A stretch of DNA of 61,420 nucleotides, from the NCBI RefSeq assembly GCF_016433145.1, contig NC_058133.1, positions 514,874,065 through 514,935,484 of the forward strand. Reading direction: 5' to 3'. The number at the start of each line of letters is the position of its first letter. Within the stretch, counting starts at the first letter, position 1. The notes under the pieces were generated by a model, which searched no databases, had not been told where the DNA came from, and saw only the letters and a list, made by a program, of their open reading frames with translations. The position numbers and the translations under genes were made by a program. Below, piece after piece: positions 13,631-27,225 of the stretch. This DNA is from Gracilinanus agilis (lineage: Eukaryota).

Positions 13631-13815
13631 TTTTCTTTTTTTCACTCACACCTTTTTTTTTCACACTGTGTATTGGTTCCAAGGCTGAAGAGTGTTACAT
13701 GCTAGGCAGTTGGGGGTTAAGTGATTTGCCCTAGAAAGTGTCTGAGGCAATGTTTGAACCAAAGACCTCCTTTCTCTAGGTCTTATTCTCAATCCACTGA
13801 GCTACCTACCTGCCC
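13631..13815 (-). mobile_element. SINE1_Mdo-like SINE (older, internally deleted)
   Basis: Antisense of the 9604 SINE, ending ..caatccactgagctacctacctgccc. Confidence 0.85.
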
Positions 13816-14181
13816 ACAAGAAACAATTTAAGTTTAATCTGCTTTATTGGCAGTTTCTTCATCATTTTTCTAGTTTTAGACAATCAACAAAACAATAAAT
13901 TAAGTACTAATTTGTAAAATTTCCAAGATATGAATATTCACACTAAAAATTTAATAATCTGCCTGAGTTATTGAAGGTGATTTCACCACCCACCCACCAA
14001 TACTCCATAGTATTTCCCATTCAGTATCTCTTTACTGGATACTGCTGTCTTGGAATTCTGTACAGGAGCATATCACCAGAATGCTCTGGCTCTTATAACT
14101 CCATTGCTTGCTGCATCAAAAAAAAAAAAAAAAACAAAAAAAAAAACCTTGAAATTAAATATAGTTGGGATGGTGGTAGAG

Positions 14182-14375
14182 CAGTGATTCCCAAAGTGGA
14201 CACTACTGCCCCCTAGTGGGTGCTGCAGTGATCCAGGGGAGAGGTGATGGCCACAAGTGCATTTATCTTTCCTACTAATTGCTATTAAAATTAAAAAATA
14301 ATTAATTTCTAGGGGATTAAGTAATATTTTTTTTTGGAAAGGGGGCGGTAGGCCAAAAAAGTTTGGAAACCACTG
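14182..14375. mobile_element. Non-autonomous hAT (Charlie-type) MITE, 194 bp
   Basis: TIRs cagtgattcccaaa / tttggaaaccactg and a perfect 8-bp TSD TGGTAGAG (14174-14181 and 14376-14383). An 8-bp TSD is diagnostic of hAT elements. Confidence 0.92.
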
Positions 14376-15305
14376 TGGTAGAGGGAAAGAGAACTAATAG
14401 TCAATATATGTCACTTGGCTCTCCAACAAACTGATCACCTCAGTCTCCATTCAGAGTCATCTCAAAAAGAAGTCCAAGAGCAAAACTCCCAAAAACGAAG
14501 GAGGAAAGAGTGTCAGAGATACAGATGAAGCTACCAAGGCAGGAAGACAAATACAATGTACAATTGCTAAGAGACAAAATATTTATGGTACAAAAGTCCA
14601 GAAGAAAATTGTGCTACTGTAACACTTGAAAAGAGTACAAAATGTCCACACGGACTCTAAAATGGGTAGCAAGACCTAATGAAATAATTTAAAGAGATTA
14701 CATTAATTTAAAAAGGCAAAATGGAGAGGAAGTGGAAAAATAGAGACACTAATATACTGTTGGTGGAACTTTGAACTGATCCAACCATTTTGGAGAAAGA
14801 CTTGGAATTGTGCCCAAAGAGTTATAAAACTGTGTATACTTTTTGACCCAGCAATACTAATATTAGATTATTTCCTAAGGTGATCAGGGAAAAAGGACAC
14901 CAAAACTTACCAATAATTCAATATGTCAATGTATAACCACCTAACAAAGTTTCTCATAGAATTCTTGCATTACTGATTTCTTGGAAGAACATCTAGTATT
15001 TGGAAAGGAATTGAATTAAATTCTCATGCTAGAGGGGCATAGCTATGTGTCTGGCTATAGCTAACTGTTGACTCTGATTTTACTGGGGCCTATTCTCACT
15101 ACTGGGGACTACAACATCCCATGAATTTCTTATGCATTCTTTGCCACGATAAAAAGAGCTGCTATAAAAATTTTCGTACATATAAGTCCTTTTCCTTTTT
15201 AAAAATCTCTGTGGGACACACTTACTAGTAATATGTCTAGGCCTGTGGGGCATAGTTCCAAATTATTCTCCATAATGATAGAATCAGTTAAGAACTAAAC
15301 TAATA

Positions 15306-15507
15306 GGGGGGCAGCTGGGTAGCTCAGTGGATTGAAAGCCAGGCCTAGAATCGGGAGGTCCTAGGTTCAAATCTGGCCTCAGACACTTTCTAGCTGTGTG
15401 ACCCTGGGCAAGTCACTAACCCCCATCGCCTACCCTGACCACTCTTCTGCCTTGGAGCCAATACACAGTGTTGACTCCAAGATGGAAGGTGAGGGTTTAA
15501 AAAAAAA
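15306..15507 (+). mobile_element. SINE1_Mdo-like SINE, full length, inserted in L1
   Basis: Head ggggggcagctgggtagctcagtgg and A tail; flanks share aactaaac. Confidence 0.92.
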
Positions 15508-15529
15508 CAACTAAACAAATAGTGCATTC

Positions 15530-18500
15530 ATGTCACAATCTTCCTACATAACCTCTAACTTTCATCATTTTTCTTTTTAGTCATATTTCTCAATCTGATA
15601 GGTACAGGGTGGCAACTTAAAGTTGTTTAAATCTTCCTTTCTCTAGTCAATATTGACTTAGAGCATTTTTTCATATAACTCTAGCTTTTTTAAAATTTTT
15701 ATTTATTTAATTAATTTAGAACATTTTTCCATGGTTACAAGATTTATGTTCTTTCCCTTCCCTCCCCCCACCCCAACACACAGTTCTACTGGGTTTTACA
15801 TGTGTCTTTGATCAAAACCTATTTCCATATTATTGATATTTGCACTAGGGTGATCGTTTAGAGTCTGTCATCCCCAATCATATCCTCATCGACCCATGTG
15901 ATCAGGCAGTTGGTTTTCTTCTACATTTCTGTTCCCACAGTTCTTTCTCTGAACATGGATAGCATCTTTTTCATAAGTCCCTCAGAATAGTCCTGGGTCA
16001 TTGCATTGCTGCTAGTAAAGAAGCTCATTACATTTGATTGTACCACAGTGTAGCCATCTCTGTGTACAATGTTTCTCCTAGTTCTGCTCCTTTCACTCTG
16101 CATCAATTCCTGGAGGTCCTTCCAGTTCACATGGAATTCCTCCAGTTCATCATTCCTTTCAGCACAATAGTATTCCATTACTAACAGATACCATAATTTG
16201 TTCAGCCATTCCCCAAACGAGGGACACCCTCTCATTTTCCAATTTTTTACCATGACAAAGCAGCTATACATATTTTTGTACAAGCCATTTTCCCTATGAT
16301 TTCTTTGGGGTACAAACCCAGCAATGCTATGGCTGGATTAAAGGGCAGGCAGTCATTTAGCACCCTTTAGGCATAGTTCCAAATTACCATCCAGAATAGT
16401 TCGATCCATTCACAACTCCACCAACAGTGCATTAATATCCCAATTTTGCCACATCCCCTCCAACATTTATTAATTTCCTTTGTTGTCATGTTCACCAATC
16501 TAACTCCAACTTTGATATCTTCATCTGAAAATTGACTATTCATATATTCTTTGACCATTTATCATTTGGGGAATGACTTATATTCTTATAAATTTGATTT
16601 AGTTCTCTACATGTTTGAGAAATGAGGCAGTTAGAGATACTTGCTATTAATTTCCCCACCCAATTTTCCGTTCTCCTAATCTTAGTTGCATTAGTTTTAT
16701 TTGTGGGAAATCTTTTAAATTTGATTTATTTGAAATGATCACTTTTACATTATGTAATGCTCTCTATCTCTTGTTTCATTATATTTTCCCTTTATTCATA
16801 TATCTAATAAGTAAACTACTCCACGCTCTTCTAATTTGTTTATGATATCATTCATTATGTTTAACTCATATCCATTTTTTACTTCATCTTGGCATATGGT
16901 ATAAGATGATGAGCTTTATCTAGTTTCCTCCAAATTGATTTTAAGTTTTCCCAGCAGTTTTTGTAAAATAGTGAGTTTTTGTCTCAAAAGCTAGAATCTT
17001 TGTGTTTATCAATGTAGTATAGAGAAGGGGTCATATAGTTTTTTCAAGCTTTGGCTGAGTTCCAAAAGCTGTTAGGGTTTTGGAATCTTGAGGAAAAGAC
17101 AGTTGATTAGGGTCTCCCGTGGAGGAAGGTTGTCTGATCAGCTGAGCTGCTTCCTTACCTAGCTGTAGTATTGAAATTTAGCCTAGCTTTGATATATTTA
17201 CTTAAGAAATTATTATTTTGGATAAACCCTTTATATCTTCCTTCCCTAATATTATTTCCTACCTTTCCTCCTTAACCTTATATGTCTGTGGAGTTAATAA
17301 GGAAGAGTGATTAGAGAGGAGTTAAAATCTGTGAAGGGTTAATTGTTATTTGACAATATTAGATATAGAGAAACTAGTCAGTCATCATTTATTTTGTAAG
17401 CTGAGTTAAAGGCTGGTCCTTACTCAGACTCCATCTTTGCCTCCCTTCCCCCACCTGAGGTTCCTGAGACAACTGTTAGGGCTTCCTTTGAACCACTTTC
17501 CTGACACATCAACCTTTAAAGATAATAAACCCTTTTGTTGTTTCAACAGACTTATTAATATAATTGGTCAGTTAGTTATATAAGAGAGGGAGAAGAGGGA
17601 AAGAACCAACATACTCTGGGCTTAGAGGGAAGCCGGTATCCATCTTGGAGGAAGGTGTAACTTCAAAACAAGTCCCTTCCTGTGAAATTAACTAAGCCTG
17701 TTGTTAATTTCAGTTTAGTCTATTTCCCTCAGCCTGTGTTTGAGTCTAAGTCCTGGTCTGTAAGCCCTGTTGTATTTGCCTGTTACATTAATTCTCCCTC
17801 TCCCTGAAGATCTTTTCCCTTCAGTGCTGTACTCCTGACTTCAGCCCTATTATATTCTGAATCTCCTTAATCCAAGCCTACCTGTAACCTAGATTACTTA
17901 CTTAGCAAGTCTCTGACAATCTCCTTTCAAATTCCCTTATCCCACACACCTTTCCTCAAATTATCCCCATAACATCAAACACTGCATTACTATGATCATT
18001 TCCTCCTGAATTTTGTGTATCCAAACTATTGCACTGATCTACCACTTTATCTCTTAGCCAATATCAGACTATTTTTATGTTAACAATTTTATAGTATAGT
18101 TTGTGATCTGGCATGGCTAGGCCACCTTAAATCATGTTTTCCCCATTAATTCCCTTGATATTATTGACCTTTTGTTGTTCCAGGTGAATTTAATTATTAT
18201 TTTTTCTAGCTCTCTAAAATAATTTTTGATAGTTTAATCTGTATGGTACCAAATAAGTAAATTAATTTAGGTAGAATTATTCATTTCTGGTTCATCCTAC
18301 CCATAGGCAATTAATATTTTTCCAATTATTCTGGCCTGATTTCATTAGTATAAAAATATTTTGCTATTTTATTCATGTGTTTCTTGAATTTGGTTTGCCT
18401 GGTGTCTCCCAAGTATTTTATATTGTCTGCAATTATGTTAAATAAATATCTCTTTTTGTCTCTTACTGCTGGACTTTGATGGCAATATGTAGAAATGCTG

Positions 18501-20590
18501 ATAACTTATGTGGGTTTATTTTTCTATCACACAACTTTGCTAAAGTGATTAATTACTTCAACTAGTCTTTTAGTTGATCCTCTAGCATTCTCCAAGTATA
18601 CCATAATATCTATAAAGAGTGATAATTTTTTTCCTTGTTGCCTATTCTAATTCCTTCAATTTATTTTTATTCTCTTATTGCTATATGTAGCATTGCTAAT
18701 CCACTATTGCATAAAAGTGGTGATGATGGACATCTTTGCTTTACTCCTGATTTTATTGGGAAAGCTTCTAATTTATCCCCATTACAGATAATGATTGTTG
18801 ATAGTTTTTGATGGCTACTACATTTTTTAAGGAAAACTCCATATATTCCTGCTTTTTAATGTTTTTAAAAGGAATGAGTTTTATTTTGTCAAAAAACATT
18901 TTTCTGTATCTATTAAAATAATCATACGACTTTTGTTGATTTTGCTATTTATGTGGTCAATTATGCTTCTGGCTTTCCTAATGTTGAACCAGTCTTACAT
19001 TTCCAGTTTAAATTCAACTAGTTATACTGTATGATTCTTGTGAGATAGTCCTATAATCTCTGCTAGTATTTTATTTAAAATATTTGCATCAATATTCATT
19101 AGATACATTGGTCTATAATTTTCTTTGCTTTTGGTTGGTTTTGGTTGGTTTTGGTAACATCACCATATTTGTGTGATAAAAGAAATTTGATAAGACTCTT
19201 TCCTTGTGTATTTTTCTAAATAGTTTAATATAGTACTGGAATTAACTGTTCTTTAAATGTTTGGTAGAATTCACTTGTGAATCCACCCTGAGGATCTTTC
19301 TTAGGAAGGCTCGTTGATGGCTTGTTCAATTTCATTTTCTGAAATGGAATTGTCTAAGTATTCTATTTCTTTTTATTTTAACATAAGCAATTTATATTTT
19401 TGTAAATTTTTCCTTATTTCACATATATTGTCAGATTTATTGGCAAAAATTGGGCAAAATTACTCTAAATGTTTTAATTTACTCTTCATTGGTGTTGAAT
19501 TCAACCTTTTCATGTTTGACACTGTAATTTGGTTTTCTTCTTTCTTTTTAACATAAAATTGATCTATGGTTCACATATTTTTACTTTTATTTTCATAAAA
19601 CCAGATCCTTGATTTATTTATTAGTTCAATGGTTTTTTTTTAGTTTTTATTAATCTCTCCTTTGATTTTCAGGATTTCCAACTTGGTGTTTATTTACAGA
19701 ATTTTAATTTTAATTCCCCTCCCCTAGTATTTTAGTTGCATGCCCAGTTCATTGATCTGCTCTTTATGCTATTGATGTAAATATTTAGAAATATAAATTT
19801 CCCCTAATTACTTTAGGCTACATATCATAAATTTAGTATGTTTAGTCTCATTGTTTTCATTCCCTTTAATTAAGTTACTGATTGTTTCTATGATTTATTC
19901 TTTGGCTTATTCGTTATTTAGTATTAGATTATTTAGTTTTCAATTCACTTTAATCTGTTTCCAAAATTTCCAAAGAATATAATTTTGTTGCATTGTGTTC
20001 TAACAAAGAATACATTTATTATTTCTGCTTCTCTGTATTTGGTTGTGAGATTTTAAGCCTTAATCCTTGGTAAATTTTTGTGTAGGTGTCATGTACTGCA
20101 CAGGAAAATAAAAGTATATTCCTTTCTATTCCCACTGAGTTTTCTTCAGCGGTCTAGCATATCTTGCTTTTCTAAAATTATATTCACTTACTTAATTGTT
20201 ATTGTTAGATTTATCTAGTTCTGACCAGAGAAAATTGAGATCCCCACAAGTACAGTGTTACTGTTTTTTTCCTTCTGAACCTCATTTGCCTTTTATTTTA
20301 AGAATTTGGATGCTCTACCATTTGGTTTTTATATATTTTCCCTTCTCAGAGGTGTTTCAGTTTTGATCAATTCTTCCCTCAATCTTCCCTCCCTTCTATT
20401 AACCACTTTCTTCTCTTATCCCTCTCCTGTCCTACTTTCTTGTAGGGAAAGAAAGATTTCAACAGTGAGTGTATTTTTTCCCTTTTTTCAAGCTAGTTCT
20501 GGTGACAGTAGAGTTCAGGGGTTGACCATCACCCCAGCATCTTCCCCTCCACTGAGAAGCAAAAAATATTATACTCTTGTCATTAGTGAT
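15530..20590 (-). mobile_element. Long antisense LINE-1 ORF2 region with a nested younger L1 3' end (~15690-16500) and a nested LTR
   Basis: Antisense ORF2 throughout. ORF 15921-16283 reads CFVMVKNWKMRGCPSFGEWLNKLWY.., the L1 ORF2 C-terminus. L1 sequence rejoins across the 17013-17974 insertion (..ttatcaa|acactgcattac..). Confidence 0.9.
17013..17974. mobile_element. Solo LTR (ERV1-like), 962 bp, inserted in L1
   Basis: Begins TGtagtat and ends ccataaCA, with a 4-bp TSD TCAA (17009-17012 and 17975-17978) interrupting continuous L1 sequence. A 4-bp TSD fits ERV1 class. Orientation uncertain. Confidence 0.85.
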
Positions 20591-21074
20591 AAACAATTTT
20601 CTTAGACCAGTGTTCTACCAAGAACCTCAGATCCACAAATATCAGGGAATCCTGCTTTATCTAATCAGTTCTAAATTTGTTCACACAGTAAAGCACAGTT
20701 CATAGTTAAATAGACATAAGATCCACCTTTCCAATGCTGTCCCCTTTCAGATAAGAAAGGGCAGTAGAGGGCAATACAAGCCCTCCCAGGAGGTTTCCCC
20801 TCTCTCAGCTTGCAAAGAGTATTATAAACCCAATGAAAAAACAGAATTCAGATCCCAAACAATGAGATTCCAGAAAGTCCTCCAACCTTTCTCCAGCCAA
20901 TCACCAAAGCAATGCTCCTCTCTCAATCACCAAATTCTTTGCAAAGAAATTAAAGAGCCGGCTGTGTCAAATGCACAACTTTTATGTCTCCTGAACTTGA
21001 TTTCTTATCATTTGTGTTAAGGTGATTCTCCTTCCATCTAACCCTTTCTATTGCTTCTTCTCCTTCTTTTTAAA

Positions 21075-21255
21075 TCATGACATTCCATTTTAGAATTAAT
21101 ACTTTGGTTCCAAAGCAGAAAAGCAATAAGGGTTAAGCAATGGTGGTAAAGTGACTTGCCCAAATCACACAGCTAAGAAGTATCTGGGGACAGATTTGAA
21201 CCCAGGACTTCCCTTCTCTAGTGCCTGCCTTTCAATCCACTGAGACACCTAGTTG
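21075..21255 (-). mobile_element. SINE1_Mdo/MAR1-like SINE
   Basis: Antisense SINE body gtgacttgcccaaatcacacagctaagaagtatctggggacagatttgaaccc. Confidence 0.8.
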
Positions 21256-21826
21256 TTTCCACTATTACTTTATCTAATAACTTCTCTGGCTTCTAATGTC
21301 TTCCATTTCCATGATTCAGGACTTCCTAATGGTTTATGACTTATCTTTATTTTATGGGGTAAAAATTCAAGAAACCTAGCTATCTGTCAGACACGAATCT
21401 ATCAGTTCTTATGTAATCTGTCTATAGCCCCCAAATAGTTATTTGATTTATAATTTTGTCAGTTATAAATTTTAAACCTCAAAAAAGTTACAAACAAATG
21501 GCCTGATGGCGAACAATCAGTACTTCAACCATTGTCCTGCCTACAATTTTTGAAGAGCAGTTCTCTCAGAACAGTGTATGTCTCTGCTCAATACTTTATC
21601 TGAAAGTCTCCCCCCGCCCCCAAACATCGTGTCAGTCAGTTTTCCTCACATGTGTGATCTTTTTCTGTTGCTTTATAACAACCAAATTGTCCCAATATTA
21701 AGGGGACAGAACTTTAAATGTGTTTAACCCAAACATTGGAATCCAATGATCATTGAACATCCTAAATGTTCAAATACTCTATAATCTTCTCTGCCTTGAA
21801 AAGGCAACATTTACTTGGTATTTGGT

Positions 21827-22765
21827 TCATATTCCAAAGAGTCTGCCAGATTTTCTGAGGTGGCATCTGAGTTTCCAAAACACCTTCAGTAAGGCCTGCC
21901 TCAGCTTGCTGTTCTCCAGGATCAGAATTATGGAATGGGCCAAAGGATAGATGGCCATGACTATCATTGCAAACATTACAGTCAGATTGTTGGCAAATAG
22001 AATTAAGCTTAAAACTCCTATGATGATCGCCACATGATATAGTGCAAAGAGGAAGAGGAAGGAGATTGTGAATTTTATGGCTTTCATATGGGCTTGTGTG
22101 CTTGGATCTCGGGAGTCTCTGAACTTGAGCTGCATCTTTTGGGTATGTCTCCATAGTGACAGGACTAGCAGGAAACAAGAAATCAGACATAGAATGAAAG
22201 GGAGGAGATTCCCCATATAAAAGAATATTGTAGAAAGTAAAAGCTCAGTGTTATCTATTTCAGTCATTTCAGATATATTTGCTTTATTTCTTTGATAAAA
22301 GAAAATTGGAGGTGTTTTTTCTGTCAGTGGCAGTAAAATGAGCAAAGAAATAATCAAGCACCCCATCAGCATCCTGATGACCAACTTGTAAACTCTCCAC
22401 TTCAGCCAAAGAAAGACAGGGTGGGAGAAGCTGGCGATTTTCAGAAACAAGAAGACGTTGAGGCAGGCATCAAACCAGGCACTTGACAAAGTAGATAGGT
22501 ACCATGGAAACTTCAAATATTTCAGTTTATTTTCAAGGTTATTCTTGAAATAGGAACCTAATAAAATAATTGTAGATGTTATTGTACACAGAAGAATGAT
22601 CCTGGATATGGCCAAGCCTGTGAGGATGAAGTCCAATGTGGATATTTTCCTGGTCTTAACCCAATTCATGTAGTTCACCAGTCCAATGAAGATGTTGACC
22701 AAAACTCCAATGGAGAATTCTCCAGATGCCACAGTGATACAAATGTTCTCCATGACAATTGCCAT
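21827..22765 (-). CDS. TAS2R: Bitter taste receptor type 2 (TAS2R), intact, 312 aa from first ATG
   Basis: The ORF-track start at 22780 is a TTG; the first ATG is at 22765 (MAIVMENI..). Signatures: LAISRI, FLFLKIASFSHPVFLWLKWR, LSLWRHTQKM, RDPSTQAH, YPLAHSIILILENSKLR. ECL2 sequon NIS. Confidence 0.96.
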   Translation of the reverse strand: MAIVMENICITVASGEFSIGVLVNIFIGLVNYMNWVKTRKISTLDFILTGLAISRIILLCTITSTIILLGSYFKNNLENKLKYLKFPWYLSTLSSAWFDACLNVFLFLKIASFSHPVFLWLKWRVYKLVIRMLMGCLIISLLILLPLTEKTPPIFFYQRNKANISEMTEIDNTELLLSTIFFYMGNLLPFILCLISCFLLVLSLWRHTQKMQLKFRDSRDPSTQAHMKAIKFTISFLFLFALYHVAIIIGVLSLILFANNLTVMFAMIVMAIYPLAHSIILILENSKLRQALLKVFWKLRCHLRKSGRLFGI

Positions 22766-23065
22766 GTCTACAGAGAACAAAATGCTAGCCCTTTAATATC
22801 ACTATTGGCAAGTGAATTTCTAATGATGGGGAAACATCTTACAATTTTGTCCTCCCACTTAATCATGGCTTTCTTTGTTGGTCAGAAGATGCCCAATATT
22901 GCTATGGGATGAAGCTACAATTATCATCAAAACAACAATCACTTTTCTTTTGATACAGCTCGCCTTAATTTTTTAGCTCTGACTCTGAGAATGTCCTCTC
23001 AACATGACTAGATGGTAAACTTCCAGAGCATTCCTGAGTGATGGGTGGAATTGTGATTTGTTTAG

Positions 23066-23124
23066 ATGTAAATGAAGCATAGCTTACATTTCATTGATTT
23101 GCCCTTTTTCTTTAGCCTAATTTG
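23066..23124 (-). promoter_or_regulatory. Conserved TAS2R upstream module, copy C
   Basis: ATGTAAAT(23066-23073)-gaagcatagcttaca-TTTCATTG-N20-CTAATTTG, 301 bp upstream of ATG 22765. Confidence 0.7.
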
Positions 23125-23799
23125 CCTTGAAACGAGTCATCAGCAGTCCTCTAGAACTTGAAGAATATAGAAGAAATAAGCTTGTAATTATCAAGATCAA
23201 GTCTTATATTATTCCTGACCACCATCATCTCTGAGAATTAGCCTGGTCTTAGGAAAAAGGCACAAATCTGAAGCCCAATTCTGACATTTACTGTTTATGT
23301 GGACATCAGTAAATCATTTAAGCCTAACATTTAGCAAACTGCCTGGCATGTAGTAGGTGTGTAATACCTGCCTGTTGACTAATTGACATGACAAACTCTC
23401 TTAATACTAGATTCTTCAGTTAATATTAAAATTCAGATCTCTTGAAAAGTGACTATCTCTGCTATTATATCTTTCAAAGAGACTTGTCAGATTTTAGCAT
23501 AGAAAGGTTAACTTTTTGGTAGAGAGTTTTTAAGGTGCTGTTTGACTATCCTGACTCAAATAGTTTTTGAAGCCTTGCAGTGATTAATAAATTGAAGTGA
23601 AATAAATGATGAAGTAACGAATTAACTTCAATTTTCATTTTTGTCATTTTAAACTTAACAAACATCAACAAACATAAATGTTCATATATATATATAAACA
23701 AAATATCTGTATATGAATCTTTAATCTATATGTCTTGGTTAGGGTTGGAATGCTTTTAGAGTATGTATTAAATGCTTTTTAACATTTACTTGCTTGTCT

Positions 23800-25114
23800 A
23801 TGCCCCTTTCTTTTTTTTTTAAAGAGGCCAGTTCCTTTTAATGTTGTTTCAATTGCATATACAGACAATTTTCAATTATTGTTTTCTGAAATTTTGCAAT
23901 TCAAATTCTTTCCCTCACCAAGATGGTAATGTAATATAGGTTATACCAGTGCTGTCATGCAATACATATTTCCATATTCCTCATGTTATGACAGAAGGCA
24001 TATATCATACATATAAGATATATCATACATATCATACTCATGAAAGAAATAAAATCAAAAATAGTTCGCTTCAATCTGAATTCAGGCTCTAAGAGTTCCT
24101 TCTATAGTTGTGGATAGCATTTTTCATTATGATTCTGTTTTGGTTGTTTTGCATTCTTGTACTGTTGATAATAGTTTAGTTATTCATAGCTGATCATTTC
24201 CTTTACACTCATTTCTGTTAACAAATACAGTATTCTGATTCTTCTCACTTCACCCTGCAACCAGTTCATATAAGTCTTCCCAGGTTTTTCTGAAATCGTC
24301 CTATTCACCAATTCTTATGGCACAAGAGTATTCCATTACAAGCACATACCACAACTTATTCAGCTGTTTCTGATTAATAAACATTCCCTCAGTTTCTAAT
24401 TCTTTGCCATTACAAAAAGAGTTACTCTAAATATTTTTGTGTATATATGTCTTTTTCCTTTTACTCTGATTTCTTTGGGATACAGAACTAATAATGGTAT
24501 TCATGACTCAAAATGTATGCATAGTTTTATGGTCCTTTGAGATATCCTATTAATTTTAGTATTTCTTTCACTTCCCTTTGTTTAATGTAGTTTTTTTGCA
24601 TTACATGAAAAACATGCATTTAATATTTCTACTTTTCTACATTTGGTTTTGAGACATTTATGCCCTGTTATATGGTCAATTTTTGTGAAGCTGCCATGAG
24701 CTGATGAGAAAAAGTCTATTCCCACTCAGTTTTATCCTGATGTGTATCATATAAAAATTTTATTAAATTGTATTTAACTTCTTAATGTCTTTTTTGTTTG
24801 TTTTTGGTTGAATTTGTCTAGTTTTGAAAGGGGAAAGTTGAGGTCCCCCAGTAGTATAATTTTACCATCTCTTTCCTCATGTAACTCATATAACTTCTCC
24901 TTTAGATATTTGGATGCTTTGTTATTTGGTGCACATATGTTTAGTTCTGATATTGCATCATTTTCTATGTCATCTTTTATCAAGATATAATTTCCTTCCT
25001 TTTCTCTTTTAATTAGACCAATTTTTACTTTTGCTTTATCTGAGATCATGATTGCTATCCCTGCTTTTTTTCCTTACTGAAGCATAATAAATTTGGTCCA
25101 GACCTTTACCTTTA

Positions 25115-25155
<41 letters not shown>

Positions 25156-26330
25156 GCCTTGCTCTAAATGTGTTTCTTATAGATATGTTGTGGGGTTCTT
25201 ATTTTTAATCCACTTTGTTATCCTCTTTCACGGATGAGTTCATCCCATTTACATTCACAGTTATTATTATTGTGTGTTTCTCTCTATCTCCTTTTCCTCC
25301 TGTCTATCTTTCTCTCTCTCCCCTTTCAGCCTTTTGCTGTTCACAAATGTTTTGCTTCTGACAATAATCACCCCCAATTAATTCTCTCTATTCTCTTATT
25401 TCCCTTTCCCTCCACTTCCCTATTAAATAAGATAGGTTTCTGTAGCTGATTGTGGATATTATTCATGTTTTGAGCTAATTCTGATGAGCATAAAGTTCAA
25501 GCAATTGCCTGTCACATACCCCACCTTTGCTCTTCCACTGTATTAACTCTTACACACCTCTTCATGTAAGATAATATACCCCTCTTCTTTCCCTCATTTT
25601 CTCTTTTCCAGTGGGTTCCTCTTTCTCATCCCTTATTTTTTTTTGGATATCATCCCATTCTTTTAAACCTACTCCTTTCCTTCTGTCTATGTACACTCCT
25701 CACTGCCCTAATGGTAATAAAGTTCTTAAGGGTCTTAAACACTTCAGGTATCATGGATATTTTAAGTATCTTAAATATCACTATTATCATAAATATCTTT
25801 TGTATCTTAATTGTCATCTACCTATGTAGGAATGTAATCAGCTTAACCTTAGCTACTTATTTTATCTCCTGCAATGATCACTATGATTTATTTGGGCAAG
25901 ACCACTTCCCCTAGCTATTTAAGTGAATAGTATCATCTCTGTTCTTCTATTTGTTTTTCAATAATTTAACCATTTGGATCCAGTTCATGTTTCCATTTGG
26001 AGATTACTGTGGCATATGGCATTAGATGCTTATATAAATCTAATTTCTACAAGATTATTTTCCATTTTTTTCCAAGCAGAATTTGTTGACTGTAAAGCCT
26101 TTACCCCAGTAGTTAGAATCTTTGGGTTTATAAAAAGAATATTTTACTATTTTCATTTGCTTCCATTCCTTTTTTACCCAGTTTAGTCCACTGATAAACT
26201 TGCCATTTAAAAAAATAACACAAATAGTTTTGGTGACCATTGCTTTGTAGTCTATCTTGACATCTGATACTTCCTTTCCCCAATGACTTTTTTCATGTCA
26301 CCTTGAAAAGCTGACCTTTTATTTCATCGG
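23800..26330 (-). mobile_element. Old antisense LINE-1 fragments (3' end, endonuclease region) with a (TG)n tract at ~25118-25153
   Basis: ORF 24774-25049 (ISDKAKVKIGLIKREKEGNYILIK..LNICAPNNKAS..LGDLNFPLS) is the L1 ORF2 APE domain. Antisense 3'UTR motifs at ~23.9-24.5k. Confidence 0.85.
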
Positions 26331-27079
26331 TAGAATTTCATCAACATTCTTCTTTCTAAATAAAGTAATCATATGGTAAATAACTGGCCTAATACTGAAT
26401 AAATAAAATAATTCAGGCAACATTTTCTCTTCCTACTCTCCTGTTTCTCCTCTCTTCTTCAAACCTGAACTTTTTCACCACACAAATTGTTCCAACAATT
26501 TCTTCCTACATTTTATTTTCTCTTTTTTATTCCTCCTTTATGTTGAACCATTTAAAATTGAGATATGTTTTGCCTCTAATTCTTCCTTCACCAACTCTTC
26601 CCTTTCTCTAAAAGTCTCTTCTCATACATTCCTAATCCTACATATTTCCATGTTGAGTTTAATGAATCTTACAACAAATTCTTTTCATTTGAATGTGTTT
26701 TTACCTTCTATTTTCAACCCTCCATTGTTCACTTCATTATAATTCACTGCTTCCCCTGCTAGCTACTTTCAAGCCATGAGAGATATTCAGGAAATTTCCT
26801 TCTCTTGGGCCTTCTTCTCTATTTGTATACTCATCTCTAATGCCTCAAACTTGTGAAATAGTGCACTCTAATTCTTCTTGTGCAGATTATCACTAGTATA
26901 ATTCTCTCCTTCCCAACACTTTCCCCTTCTCAAGCCATTTGGTTGTCCTGAGGTCCCTCCTTAATATCTTTAATATTTCTTATGAAAAATTGTCTCAGAT
27001 TTTACAAAGCTCTTAAAGATGGTTTGGTGAAGAAAGGATACACCAGAACTACTTACTTTTGTTACATGTAGATTACATA

Positions 27080-27225
27080 TTGCATCTAACCAATAAATAT
27101 TTGTTAAATATCTGCTATGTGCCAAGAACTTTGCTAAGTGCTGAGGATAAAGAGAAAGACAAAGTATAGACAAAAAGAAAGACAAAGACTGCCCTCAAGG
27201 AGCTCATTATTTAATAGGGAAAGAC
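27080..27225 (-). mobile_element. L2 3' end fragment
   Basis: tgctatgtgccaagaactttgctaagtgctgaggata..ctgccctcaaggagctc is the typical antisense L2 terminus. Confidence 0.7.

Noticed and set aside
15921-16283. 120-aa ORF and similar ORFs at 425-794, 46633-47311 and 54215-54563
   Set aside because: L1 ORF2 C-terminus or its antisense read-out; fragmentary retrotransposon sequence, not host genes.
22766-22780. N-terminal extension MFSVD given by the ORF track
   Set aside because: Codon 22780-22778 is TTG, not ATG. The family-consensus ATG is at 22765 and the extension coincides with the pyrimidine tract and TAG.
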